Shown here one piece after another: positions 25,807-38,639 of a stretch of 62,000 bases of DNA. Every line of letters starts with the position of its first letter. Positions within the stretch are counted from its first letter, which is position 1. The position numbers and the translations under genes were made by a program. Under the pieces are notes generated by a model. It ran no database searches and was not told the DNA's origin. It saw only the letters and a program-made list of their open reading frames with translations. Origin of the DNA: Chiloscyllium plagiosum (Eukaryota); assembly GCF_004010195.1 (NCBI RefSeq), contig NC_057759.1, positions 7,653,910 to 7,715,909 on the forward strand, given 5' to 3'.

Positions 25807-26413
25807 GTTATGGAGTAGACCAGACTGTCTCAAAATATGTTAAGAAGGTTGCCTAGACCCCAAACTATTCTTGTTTTAAAGGAAAATTCGGTGTGGTGTT
25901 TCAGATTCAATTAGATTGGTCAAATTACTTAACGTTTACAAACAAAATGCAAACACTATAGTTAAAATGCATCAAGAACCAGAATGACTCAAATCTACTG
26001 GAAAACTTAAAATAATGGGTGCAGTGTATATTATTAATTAACTATTCTAACCCCATAAACATACCCATGGCAAACAGTAAATTCATAAACCAGATTTTAT
26101 CTCACATGCAATCCATCATCCTATGAAGACAGCTCCCAGCTATTGGGTATAATCAAAAAAGGGCAAGATTGCTTCAACTTCTGCAACATCCTGACACAAC
26201 TTCAGTTAACAAAATCTAACATTCTTGGTAATGTACATGGGAGCTTAACCACGCCAATTCCAGCTGTTTCTATTATCCCAACCTTAAAAGAAAAACGCAA
26301 AACTTAAAAAGTGATTTTGTGTCTTCGCATAGACAGCAAGGCGACTATCCTCCAATCACTATCTAAAGGACATAAGGACAAAACACATCTCTTGAAGTCA
26401 CAGCATTGCCACA
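25807..26413. mobile_element. Solo LTR related to the gypsy LTRs
   Basis: Starts TGTTATGGAGTAGACCAGAC...AAAATATGTTAAG like the 15941 and 23121 LTRs, and ends ...CACA. Confidence 0.6.
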
Positions 26414-28907
26414 ACTCTCATAACCATACTGACTCACGTTCTTCTACGCATTATCATACTTTTCGTTAATCCAATTTAGATATTTTATCTCATGATATCA
26501 AATAGGCAAAAGCTGACATACTCCAAACTTCAGTTGAAGACCAGCTCAGAGTACTGTATAATTCGAAAACGATGAGTGTGGAAATTAGTGCTCGACCTTG
26601 GAATCCGTTGTCCATCCTTTTAACAAATATATCTGCTTAACAAATCACCTGCAGTTGTTGGAAACGTTATAGCTACATCTGCCGTGTACTCCACCTGCTC
26701 CCAGTATTGCAATTGATTTAAACTGCCCTTGGAAGTGGCAAAGGGAATTCAAATAGCACCGAGCATGCAAAAATACGAAGAAAAGAATTGTATCAGCTGT
26801 TAAAAATATCATTAACACAAGTACAAAAAATCCACTTCCATTGTGTCATCTTTCTTAATTTCCTTCACTAATGGAGCTGTTGTTGCCACACTCCCCCTTC
26901 CCACATGTCGCTTATAGCTGGCCACTTCCACACCAAGAAGAGCAGCATTACAGACAGACAGCTCAGCAACACATTCTTAAATTCAATGCGATAGACAATA
27001 GTTTATTAGACAAACCAACACCGAATGGAAAGCAACAGATGAAGAGGAGAGCATAGAAGACTCAATTCGTATCAAGTCTTCTATGTTCTTCAGCGGGCTC
27101 GCCTTCTGAAGCATAAAAAGGCCATTTAAAAGAAAATCACATTATCAAGGGTCTGAGGTCAGCACTGGTAATGATAGCATATTCATGCATGAAAGTTATG
27201 GATTTTACAACAAACCATAGTCATCATTTGGCTAAATTCTATTTTCAGATTTATTGAATTTACCTTTGTTATCCGGTAATTGCATTTTGCAACTCTTGGC
27301 ACCAAAGGAAATGCTGATATCTCTGGCAGAACTCTTTCCATGCTTTTGATGTAGATGTCATCATCTCTTCTAGTTTGTTGTGACCTACCTGATGTCATAT
27401 TTCAAATATTCTTGGAAATTCTAAATGTGTTATTGTAAGGAAAATTAACGCATCAAACAGGTAAAAATAACAAGTTTATCTCTTGTTCACATGCCCTTAA
27501 CAAGACTGTCTATTGCTCAGATGCATAAAAATGAGGTCCACAAATATTCCCCAGGCTTACTAAACCGCAAGATATAAAGCATAATTTCCTGAATGAAGCC
27601 ACATATAAGAACATTACGTTTAACATGTAAAGTACACCGCTTCCGTGTTTATCATGTCCAAACATTATGATGCCCTGTCATACAATTGTCCAAACAATTG
27701 TCAAAATTGACATTCAAGGCCACTATGCCACTAACGTCACATTCTAACTGTTTTCTTAAGCCTTTTTGGAGATTCATTTCTTCATGAAAACCTTTACCCA
27801 TTCAATAATATTTCAGAATTCATTCCTAGGGTTATTGCTCAAACAGCTTCTACTCAGACGCAGATTAAATACAAAAAAGATCGACAATGACATGAATCTT
27901 TCAGATTTATATCATAGTGCAGAGAAATTGCAGATGGCAGTAATGCACGGGCAGAGTTTTCCAGTCAAAATTCAGTTGCTTCCCAGAAATTTTGACTCAG
28001 TTCAGCAAAGACTTAAAAATCTCCAGTCACGAGCAAACCAGCACTGAATGTGGTAAATATTGAATGCAGAAACGTTTCCTGTGTCTCTCTGTGGCATAAA
28101 TATCCATTTTCACAACAAAATTTGAAAAACAATCTTGTTTTCCGGAAGGAGGAAGTGGCAAAAGATTGAATACAAAGACTAGTCTTTCATGTACACCATG
28201 CAATGAAATGAAAAATGTATTGACTGATCGAATGATTGGCAGTAAAGATCACTATTGTTGTTAGAAAGAGGGAAAATGTGTTGCATTTTGCATGACGACG
28301 GACTTCAAGTCTTAATGACATGTTATAGACAGAGGAATATAGTGGACGCTGCAAGCCAGAAACTGAATTTGCTATGATTACTGTGATAGAATCCAAACAG
28401 CACAAATCGTTTTCCCATTGTGTTTATGACAACTCAACTTGCTTCCCGCTCACCGATCTGCAGGAGTTCACTTTTTGTCTTGACGTGCAATGAAGGTTCT
28501 TCTCCTTCTTTGGAGTCCAGAGTAAAATGAAAGAAAAGGCTTCAATAAATCCGTCCAATGAACAGCAATGTCTAAGAAGATTCGCAAACACACAGAAACG
28601 CGCACACAAACATACGCAGGAAGATTGAGCTTAAACTAAATTGTGAGAATTGTGTCTAATCACTCCAATCATTCTCAGAGTTATCCTGCCCAAATAACAC
28701 GTAAATAAGTTTACAACTTATCTATTATTCAAAACCAAGTATCGTTCAAAAGTGAGCTCCAAACCTCCAGGGCATTTCAACAACTGTTCTCAATCGAGCA
28801 GAAGAAAAGAATAAACCTTTTAACTGACGAAAAGTCACGATGGACAGAAGAGATTAAGGTATTTTCTCTATCTACATATGCTGCCAGAACTGCTGCTTTG
28901 CTACAAC

Positions 28908-29059
28908 ATTAGATTAGATTACTTACAGTGTGGAAACAGGCCCTTCGGCCCAACAAGTCCACACCGACCCGCCGAAGCGCACCCACCCAGACCCATTCCC
29001 TTTCATTTACCCCTGCACCTAACACTATAGGTAATTTAGCGTCGCCAATTCACCTAACA
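28908..29059 (-). mobile_element. HE1-like SINE 3' fragment
   Basis: Tail and 3' body only, with AACATTA on both sides. Confidence 0.8.
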
Positions 29060-29518
29060 TTATCTGTTTCCGCTTCAGTTTTAAAATGTACAAATTTTAA
29101 TTTCTTTATCAACCCATTACCTCATCCCAATTTAATGAAGTGTTCGCCAGACTGTGTAAATTGATCAGCGTGCTATGTAGTCTTCATGCGTTTGTGGTTT
29201 CTGACTTCTTGATCTCATTTAACGTTGCAATTTGATGCAAATGAATCAAACTATTTCAAAGTGTCTGTAAAGCAGACCTGCACGATATTCAGACATACGC
29301 AGTGCATGTTTTCCAATACCAGTTCAATTCATCTTTCTTTATTGTTGAGGATGCATGTAACAACTGAAGGGGTTTTCAGACCCAGTTCCACCTGCAAATG
29401 ACATCCACATGCGTTTAACGAGTCTGAACGATAAATTGCACAGTACACTGGTTCTGAAGACATGTTTTCTAAAGGAAATAGGCTTTTCTTTATCATTCGT
29501 TGTCTGTACATATTTGCA

Positions 29519-29735
29519 GGAGAAAGTGAGGTCTGCAGATGCTGGAGATCAGAGCTGAAAATGTGTTGCTGAAGAAGCGTAGCAGGTCAGGCAGCATCCA
29601 GGGAACAGGAGAATCGACGTTTCGGGCATAAGCCCTTCTTCCTGAAGAAGGGCTTATGCCCGAAACGTCGATTCTCCTGTTCCCTGGATGCTGCCTGACC
29701 TGCTGCGCTTCTCCAGCAACACATTTTCAGCTCTG
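29519..29735. mobile_element. Palindromic Penelope-like mini-insertion (inverted pLTR pair)
   Basis: 92-bp arms at 29550-29641 and 29644-29735 with 2 mismatches, plus a 31-nt tail. TSD TCTGTACATATTTGCA at 29503-29518 and 29732-29747. Confidence 0.85.
29642..29669 (+). ncRNA. Minimal hammerhead ribozyme core
   Basis: CTGAAGA-A-GGGC-TTAT-GCCC-GAAACGTC. Confidence 0.68.
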
Positions 29736-30086
29736 TACATATTTGCACTTCATCTGTGTGGCTCAAGCCAACGAAACAAGGCAAGGGCAGAAAGTTTCAG
29801 TTCGTTAATGAATGCGCAGACTTTTGCAACTAATACTGGTGACCTGGTAAAAATTGGATTAATAATCAAAAGCAGATTAATCTGAAATAGTTTGTAGAAT
29901 CATACAATACAGAACAGGCCCATCCGTCTATTGAGTCTGTGCAACCAAGAAAAAAGTCTTCCAAAACTATGTTCACTTGCCTGCATTAAGTCCATATCCT
30001 TAAATGGTCTGACACATAAAGTGTACATCCAAGGACTATTTCCACCGCAACTACCATCCCAGATAATGCAGTCCAAAATCATAGCA

Positions 30087-31900
30087 TTGAATTGAATTGA
30101 ATTTATTATCACGTGTACTGATGCACAGGGAAATGTGAGCAATACAGGCCGATCACAGTTAAGTGGCATGTATAAGTAAACAATAGGTAAACAAAAACAA
30201 AAAAAAGGTACAGGCGAATGTTAAGAGTTTGTGAGATAATTCAGTATTCTAACAACAGTTGGGTAGAAAGTATTTCAAAACCGGTTGGTGCGTGTGTTCA
30301 GGCTTCTATACTTTCTTCCCGAGAGGAGAGGTTGTAGAAAAACATGCTAGGGTGTGAAGAATATTTGAGAATTCTGGAGTCATTTCCTTGACAACGGGCC
30401 TGGTAGATAGATTCTGTAGATGGGAAGTTGGCCTTCGTCATTGTTTGGGCCGTGTTCACTACTCTCTATAACTATCTCCGATCTTGAATGGTACAGTTGC
30501 CATACCAGGTACTGATGCATCGAGACAGAATGATCTCGATGGCACTCCTAGAAATGTTGGCAAGGGTATTCGCCATTATGCCAAATTTCCTCAGTTGCCT
30601 GAGGAAGAAGAGACATTGTTGGGTCTTTGTAACCAGTGTGCCCGCATGAAGAGCGTAAGAAGCTGGTTGTGAAGCTTGACACTCTCCACTCGTTCCACCT
30701 CCGTGCTGTTAAATTGTAGGGGGCAGGTGTACCATCCCGCAGAAAGTCAATAATGAATTGCTTGGTTTTGCTGGCATTTAGATATAGGTTGTTCCATCTG
30801 TAGTCTGTTTCATCGCCATCTGAGATTCGACTGACTATGGTTGAGTCATCGGCGAACTTGTAAATGCAATTTGTCTGGTATTTGACAACGTAGTCATTGG
30901 TATACAGTGAGTACAGTAGGGAGCTGAGCACGCACCCCTGGGGGGCTCCAGTGTTGAGTGTTAATGACGATGGAATATTGTCCCCAATTGTCACTGATTG
31001 GGGCCTGTGGATCAGGAAAAGAAAGATCCCAATTGCAGAGACTGGGACTTAGTCCAAATCTCTAAGTTTAGTAATCAGTCTCGAGGGGATAATAGTGTTT
31101 AAAGTTGAACTGTAGTCAATGAGTAGGATTCTTAAGTAGCTGTTCTTGGTGTCAAGATGTTCTAGGGAGTAGCGAAGGGAAAGTGATATGACACCAGAGT
31201 GCATATGTTGGTCCAATAGACAAATTTGAGTGGGTCAAGTGGTTTGGGAAGTGGGAGTTGATTAATGTCATGACCAGCCTTTCAAAGCACTTCATGACCA
31301 CCGATGTTAAGGCCACTGGGCAGTAGTTATTGAGAGATGCTGCGTTTGCATTCTTAGGCACAGGGATGATGTTGGCCTTTGTAAAAGAGACAGAGACAGT
31401 GGCCTGCTGCAGGGAGAGTTTGAAGATGTCCGAGAAGACCTCTGCCAATTGATCTGCGCATTGTCTGAGTGCACGGCCTAGTATTCTGCTTGGTCCCATT
31501 GCGTTCCTCAGATTCACACGAAGGAGAACTGGTCTAACCTCTGATGTAGTGACTGTTGGGTAGGTTCGTCAGGATTTGTCAGAATAAGCGCCATTTCGCC
31601 GCCGAAAGTCTGCTAAAAGTGAGCATACAAGGCATTGAGATGATCTGGGAGGGAGATGATATTGTCTGCTATCTTGCACTGTTCCTTTTTAGAAACTGTG
31701 ATATCATTCAGTCCTTTCTATAGTCGCTACGTGTCTGTCTGTCTGGATTGGTATTGATGTTTGGCTGTCTTAATGGCTCTGCGAAGGTCATAGTCGAGGA
31801 GATTTGTTCTGTTTCTGACGTTTTCCGCCATGTTGTTACTGGAACACATGGCCCGAATGGTTCTCTGCCGTACACATTCAGTGTCACAGTAAAACCAACA
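30087..31900 (-). mobile_element. Rex1/Babar-like LINE 3' portion
   Basis: RT motifs TLNTGAPQGCVLSSLLYSLYTNDY...KFADDSTIV and CADQLAEVFSDIF...PVALTSVVMKCFERLV. 3' end is AATAAA followed by a (TTCAA)n tail on minus. Confidence 0.82.
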
Positions 31901-32274
31901 TCTCTCAATGCAAAAAAAAATAGAAAAATAAACTACATGTGACCTGCTAACTCGGCATTAATAAACAATTTATGCATTTTTTTATTATATATGTTTTGCC
32001 ATCTCATAACTAGAACAGATTCAAGCCTCCAGAAATCCTTTACAATCTCATAGGCACAGCAATTTATTTTCATTAGTGGACTGATACCTTTCCTGGACCT
32101 GTAAAACAGTTTAATGTTCCACATCTACTAATTAATTTTGGCTTCTGTTGGCTTTTGCATTCAATTAACAAACGACAGCATAAATATTGTCAGGCCAATT
32201 GAGTATTGGAGTTGGGAGGTCATGTTGAAGCTGCACAGGGCATTGGTCAGGCCATTATTTGGAGAACTGCATGA

Positions 32275-32490
32275 GCTGAGCATGGTGGCTCAGTGATTAG
32301 CACTGCTGCTTCACAGCTCCAGAGACCCGTGTTCTATTCCAGACTTTGGAGACTGCATGCATGGAGTTTGCATATTCTTCCTGTGTCTACGTGGGCTTTC
32401 TCTGGTTGTTCCGGTTAGGTGTGCAGGTTAGGTGGATTTGCCAGGCTGAATTGCCCACATTGTCCAGGGATGTGTAAGTTAGATGGATTA
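32275..32490 (+). mobile_element. Degenerate HE1-like SINE
   Basis: GGTGGCTCAGTGATTAGCACTGCTGC...GGAGTTTGCATATTC. Confidence 0.7.
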
Positions 32491-32496
32491 GACTTT

Positions 32497-33209
32497 GGAA
32501 AGGTGAATGGATAGTACAGCTGTTGAATATTTCTCCTATAGAATGTGGGAAGTAAGTCTCATCATAATTGTCTGCACTGAATTCATCTGCGGGAATTGCA
32601 CACAACTCCAGCTCCTCGGAACTCACGTTAGGAAACTGGAGTTGGATGAAATTCGCAACATTTGGGAGGCAGAGAGAGTAACTGAGAGGAGTTACATGGA
32701 AATAATCACACCTCAGCTGCAGGAAAAATGTAGGTGACTTACATTCAAGGGTCGGAAATGGAACAGGCAGATAGTCCAGGGTGTCCCTGTGGTCCTTCCC
32801 CTCAATAACACAGGCACTATTTTGGATATTGTTGGAAAGGACAACTTACCATGGGTAAGCTATGGGGTGCAGGTCTCTGGCACAGAGTCTATTCCTGTTG
32901 CTCAGAAAGAAAAGGGGAAGAGGGGGAGAGCATTAGTCATTGGAGCCTCCATAGTTAGGAGCACAGATACGAGATTCTATCAGAACAAGAGATATTTAGG
33001 GTTGGTCTTTTGCTTCCCAGGTGACAGGGCACGTGATGTCTCGGATCCTTAAGGGGGAGGAGGAGGAGCCCCAACTCGTGGTGAACATAGGCACCAAAGA
33101 CATAGGTAGGAAAAGGGATAAAGTCAGAAATTTAGCGAGCTATGGTGGAAGCTTTGAGCCAGAAAAATCGAAAGTTTGTTACATACGCCACATGCTTATG
33201 AGACGAGGA

Positions 33210-33255
<46 letters not shown>

Positions 33256-36120
33256 CGACCAGTTAAACACGTGACTACAGGGATGCTGCAGGAGGGAGGG
33301 ATTCAGGTACCTGGATAGCTTGAGCTAATTCTGGGGTAGGTGGGACCCATACGAACGGCGTGGTCTACATCTGAGCCAGAGTGGTGCTAATATCCTGAGG
33401 TCGAAACTTGGTATTGCTCTTCAGGAGGGTTTAAGCTAATTCAGAAGTGGGATTGGGATCTCAGTTGTAGCACCAGTGTACGGGAAGTTGCAAGTCGTGA
33501 GGCCATGATTACGATTTCAAGGTCGCAGGAGTGTTCCAGCAGGGGGCAAAGTGATTTGAACTGTGTCTACTTCATAGCCAGGAATATGCGGAACAAATTG
33601 GTGAACTTGCAGCATGGGTTGGTAGCTGGGACTTCGACATTGTCGTCATTTCGGCGACATGGATAAAGCAGGATCAGGTATGCTTGTGGTAGGTTCCTGG
33701 ATTTCGATGCTTCAGCCAGATCAGGGAATATGGAAAAAGAGTGGCAGGTGTAGCATTGTTACTCAAGGACTGAATGACTGTGGCAGACAGGACGTTTGAT
33801 AAGGACTTGTCCACTGAGGTAGTATGGGCAGAGGTTAGAACAGGAAAGAAGAGGTCACTCTATTGTAGGATTTCTATTGGCCTCCGAAGATTTCCAGAGA
33901 TGTAGATGAAAGGATTGCAAAGCCGATTCTGGATAGGAGCGCAAGTAAAAGGGTAGATGCTATGCGGGACTTTATGTTTCCAAATAATGACTGAAAACTC
34001 TATAGTTCGAGTACGTTAGACGTATCAGCATTTACCCAATGTGTGCAGGAGGGTTTCCAGACGCAGTATGTAAATAGACCAACAAGATGCGACGCCAAAT
34101 TGGATTTGGTACTGGCGAATAAAACAGGCTAGGTGTTAAGTTTGGAGGTAGTTGAGCACTTTGATAATAGTGACCACAATTCGGTAATGTTTACTTTAGC
34201 GATAGAAAAGGATATGCATATGTATATACCACAGGGCAAATGTTATAGCTGGGGGTGGGCGGGGTGGCGGGAGGCAATTATGAGGCGATTAGGAAAGACT
34301 TATGGCGCATGCGATGGGGAAGGAAACTGCAAGGGATAGGCACAACTGAAGTGTGGAGCTTGTTTAAGGATCAGCTACTGCATGTTTTTAATAAGTAAAT
34401 ATTTGTCAGGCAGACTGGAAGTGGTCGAGGGAGGGAATCGTAATTTACTTAATAAGTTTAATTGCTTGTCAAGAGTAAAAGGAAGCTTATGCTAGGATGA
34501 GGTGCGATGGCTCAGCTAGGGCGTTTGAGAGATATAAGTTAGTCAGGAAGGACCTAAACAGAGAGCTAAGAAGAGGTAAGACGGGACACGAAAAGTCTTT
34601 GGCATGTAGGATCAAGAAAAAAAACTCAAGCTTGGTATTGTTATGGAAAGAATAAAAGAATGGCTGGACTGAAGTTAGGGCCAGTCAAGGAAATGAGTTG
34701 TGTGTGGAGTCTGAAAAGATCGGAGAGGTGCTAAATGAATAGTTTCCATCAGCATTCACACAGGAATTAGACAACGTTGTCGAGAATACTGAGCTACAGG
34801 CTATTAGACTTGGCAGGATTCAGGTACATAAGGAAGAAGTGTTAGGAACTTTGGAGAGTGTGAACATAGATAAGTCCCGTGGGGTGGCTTGTTTATATCC
34901 TAGGATTCTCTGGGAAAGGAGGGAGGAGTTTACAAAATCTTTGGCTTTGATCTGCATGTCGTCATTGTTTACAGGAACAGTGCCAGAACACTGGGGTAAC
35001 GCAAGTGTTGCCCCTTTTCCCAAAAGGGATGTAGAGATAATACTGGTAATTATAGACCAGTGAGAATTACTTCGGTTGTGGGTAATTTTTTGGAAAGGAT
35101 TGTAAGAGGTAGGATTTATAATCATGCAGGAAAGAATGATATTTTAGGGATAGTTAACTCAGTTTCGTGAAGTGAAGGCCACACCTCAGAAACCTTATTG
35201 AGTTCTGTGAGAATGTGGCCAAATAGGTGGATGAGGGTAAACGTTGATGAAATGTATATGTATTTCAGTAAAGCATTTGATAAGGTTCCCCACAGTAGAC
35301 GTTTGCATAAAATACAGATGCATCGGATTGAGGATGATGTCGCGGTTTGGATCTGTCAGAAGACAGAGGGTGGTGGTTGAACGGAAATGTTAATTCTGGA
35401 GTTCTGTTTTGGGGCCACTGCGGTTTGTCATTTTTATAAATAACCTGAAAGAGCACAGACAAGGATGAGTTAGTAAATTTGCTAATGACACTAAAGTCGT
35501 TGGAGCATTGGATAGTGTGGAAGGATGTTGCATGTTACAGATGGAAATAGATAAGCTGCAGAGTTGGGATCAGCTTATATCATGTTGCAACTATACAAAA
35601 CCCTTGAGCGCCCACACTTTGATTATTGCATACAGTTCTGGTCGCCGCATTATATCAACAGTGTAGACGCATTGGGAAGGCTGCAAACGAGATTTACCAG
35701 AATGTTGTCGGGTATGGAGGGAAGGTCTTATGTGGAAAAGCTGAGGATGCTGAGGCTGTTTTCATTGGAGAGAAGAAGATGAAGTGATGACTTAATAGAT
35801 ACATAGAAGATAATCAATGGAAGAGATAGGGTGGACAGTGAGACTCTTATTCCTCGGATGGTGGCGGCTAGAACGAGAGGACTTAGTTTTAAATTGAGAG
35901 TTGATAGGTATAGGACAGATCTCAGAGGTAGGCGTTTTACTGAGCGAGTATTAAGGGCTTGGAATGACCTGACTGTAACAGTAGTAGATTCTCCAATTTT
36001 AGGACTTTTAAATGATAATTGGATAAGCATATGAATGATAATGGTATAGTATAGGTTAGATGGGTTTCAGATTGGTTTCATGGATTGCAACAACAGAGAA
36101 TGTCGAACGGCCTGTCCTAA
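32497..36120 (+). mobile_element. Near full-length decayed CR1 LINE (ORF1 zinc finger plus esterase, ORF2 EN-RT) with an internal deletion near 35565
   Basis: ORF1: MWEV...ICGNCTQLQLL and ALVIGASIVR...CFPG. ORF2: EHFDNSDHNSV, YMYFSKAFDKVPH, LYKTLERPHFDYCIQFWSPHY. Confidence 0.85.
33213..33249 (+). repeat. (GA)n microsatellite
   Basis: Directly visible in the sequence. Confidence 0.95.
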
Positions 36121-36794
36121 ATGAACTGTAACAGGGACAGCATAGATCGGTGAGTCTGGGTGGTATGGTGCTCGGGAAATTAGAGTGGCCCTGTGAGCGG
36201 AATGGCTTATACCCACACTGTCAATAGTCTATGATCAGCATTCTCGTCTCCCTGCTGCAGAAAGGATGTTGTGGAAATTGAAATGATTCAGAAAGATCTG
36301 CAAAGATTCTGTCAATTTTGGAGCTTTTGAGCTATGTGTGGCATGGATAAGGAAAATAGACAATATGTTATCCCCGGGTTTCGATTAGGCTAATACTAGA
36401 GGGGAGTGGAAGGATTTAAAAGTGGCCTAAGGGGCAACTTTATCATGCAGTGTGCCCTACGTGAAAAGAATGAGCTGCCAAAGGAAGTGGTGGAGCTTCA
36501 CGCATTTACAACTTTTAAAAGTCATCTAGATGGAGACAAATAGGTAGAGTTTCGAGGGATTTGGGCCAAATCCTGGCAAATGCGACTAGATTAGTTTAGG
36601 ATATCTGGTCCGTATGGACGAGTTAGACTAAATCTTTTTTTTTAATCTCTGCTACGTATCACTTGACAATGTGACTCAAATTATGACTGTGACAGGATCA
36701 TTGTCTGTCCTGAAACTCCATCGGCGTCATTGACAATCTGAGAGGAAAAAGGACGGACGCCAACGTGTTAAACCAGACCAAGAGCAAAATGTTT

Positions 36795-37014
36795 GAGAGA
36801 AAGTGAGGGCTGCAGATGCTGGAGATCAGAGCTGAAAATGTGTTGCTGGAAAAGCGCAGCAGGTCAGGCAGCATCCAAGGAACAGGAGAATCGACGTTTC
36901 GGGCATAATCGAAACGTCGATCCCTGAAGAAGGGCTTATGCCCGAAACGTCGATTCTCCTGTTCCTTGGATGCTGCCTGACCTGCTGCGCTTTTCCAGCA
37001 ACACATTTTCAGCG
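36795..37014. mobile_element. Palindromic Penelope-like mini-insertion (inverted pLTR pair)
   Basis: Perfect 78-bp arms at 36831-36908 and 36936-37013, plus a tail of about 34 nt. TSD AGAG(C/A)AAAATGTTT at 36781-36794 and 37015-37028. Confidence 0.85.
36924..36951 (+). ncRNA. Minimal hammerhead ribozyme core
   Basis: CTGAAGA-A-GGGC-TTAT-GCCC-GAAACGTC. Confidence 0.68.
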
Positions 37015-37479
37015 AGAGAAAAATGTTTACAATATCATCGAGTATTGAAATGGTCAAACAAAATATTCAGCTCAATAGGAACAGAGGAACGAGGCCTCAA
37101 TCACACGACAGAAAATAAACATTTTGCTGATTACCACCTTAGGACATCGCTTTCATATTGCATTAAATGGTAATTACAAAAACAGAAGCATAAAGTTAGA
37201 CGTTTGTTTTTAACCTTTCTTTTTTTCTTGGATATGGGGAAGCTAAACAAAGGTACACCACCAAATATTCCATCGAACCATCAATTACATAGAGTTGTGA
37301 CAGGAGCACGATAACAAGAGCCAATAACAATACTTCCCACATACTTCAATTCACTACACGTGCTCTAACCGAAATGGTTTGGAGAATGTCTTACAGGTAT
37401 CGCTTTCTATCCGTCACAAATATTTCAAACAACCGTATGACATTAATGGCAGGATTAATTATTTAGAAATTTTGAATTA

Positions 37480-38620
37480 TTGAAGTCAGACAATTGTGTG
37501 GTCCTCAATCCCATATGGGCAAACATGTCTTAAGTTCATCTACCTTATGTGTTGACATCATCTCCAGGAACATTCAAATGCTCTTGCAATCAAACAAATC
37601 CAGGTTAACTTACCAGTCTTACCTTGTTCTCTGCCGTGGATATTTGACTTGGTCTGCTTCGCAAGCGTATGAGTCTCAACCTCTCCTCTCTTCTGATTAT
37701 CAATCTCAGACCAAACTTTCGCTAACAAATTCACTAAAAGTTTAAAGCTTTCTGACTAAAACTAGTAAATCTACCGCCAAAATATTGGTCCTCTTCTAAT
37801 TCAAATGCAAGCTGTCGACCTTATACAGATCACTTGTAACCCAGAAGAAATCACAATGTTACAAAAATATGAATTTTGATCGTATACCGCTCCTAAACCA
37901 CGCATTCAACTGCGTTATCCTTATATTCATTTACTGACACACGCGTGGGACCTGGGTTCATCTCGTTACTTCAGCAGGTGAAGGCATACTTTTTAATGAC
38001 CAGCCATATTTCCCACATTCTCTCTGCAGAGCCTCCACCTGATCTCGATCAATATCATTGCCAGCAACTTGCACAACGGGCCTTCTGTTATTTTCTGCCT
38101 GCTTTCAAAGTATTCTGCAACTGCACCGAAACACCCTTGACCCTGGCATTAGAGAAGCAACACAAGTCGCGTTGGCGACTGCAGATATGCTTGTCTGTAT
38201 CCACTATCATAATTGGTCACTTGGAACCAGAAATACCATTCATTACAGGAGAGACATTGATGGTACGAGACACCTGGCTGAGAGAGCTGCATTCCTCTGA
38301 GAGGCCGTTATCCCCAGCTGTACATTCAAAAATGTGTGCTTGTTTGATATAGCCATATCCACAAGAGAATCGTACAGTACCTGCCTGCATCTCTTGCCTT
38401 TCCTAGCGGTCACCTGTCTGCATTGCGGTATTTCCAACTTCCTTAAACAGCCATCCTGACTTCTGTTAACTCCTCGCTGCCTCGAACTGCCAGTCCTACG
38501 AATCCATGCAATTTGATAGGAATCGCAACTAAACACACGTCATGTTGACATCATCTCCAGGAACATTCAAATGCTCAATTATATCCGAACTCCGAGATAA
38601 AAACCACATCAGTCTGCTAA
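37480..38620 (-). mobile_element. Decayed CR1 ORF1/ORF2-start fragment
   Basis: Translates DSLVDMAISNKHTFLNVQLG and carries an esterase-like remnant. Similar to the CR1 ORF1 regions elsewhere in the window. Confidence 0.6.
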
Positions 38621-38639
38621 AATCAATCTCTACACCAAG

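Noticed and set aside
29519..29735. Palindromic elements as MITEs / DNA transposons with TIRs, or as CRISPR-like repeats
   Set aside because: The arms are asymmetric (tail on one side), TSDs are long and variable, and single and direct-tandem forms exist. This fits retrotransposition, and there is no repeat-spacer array.
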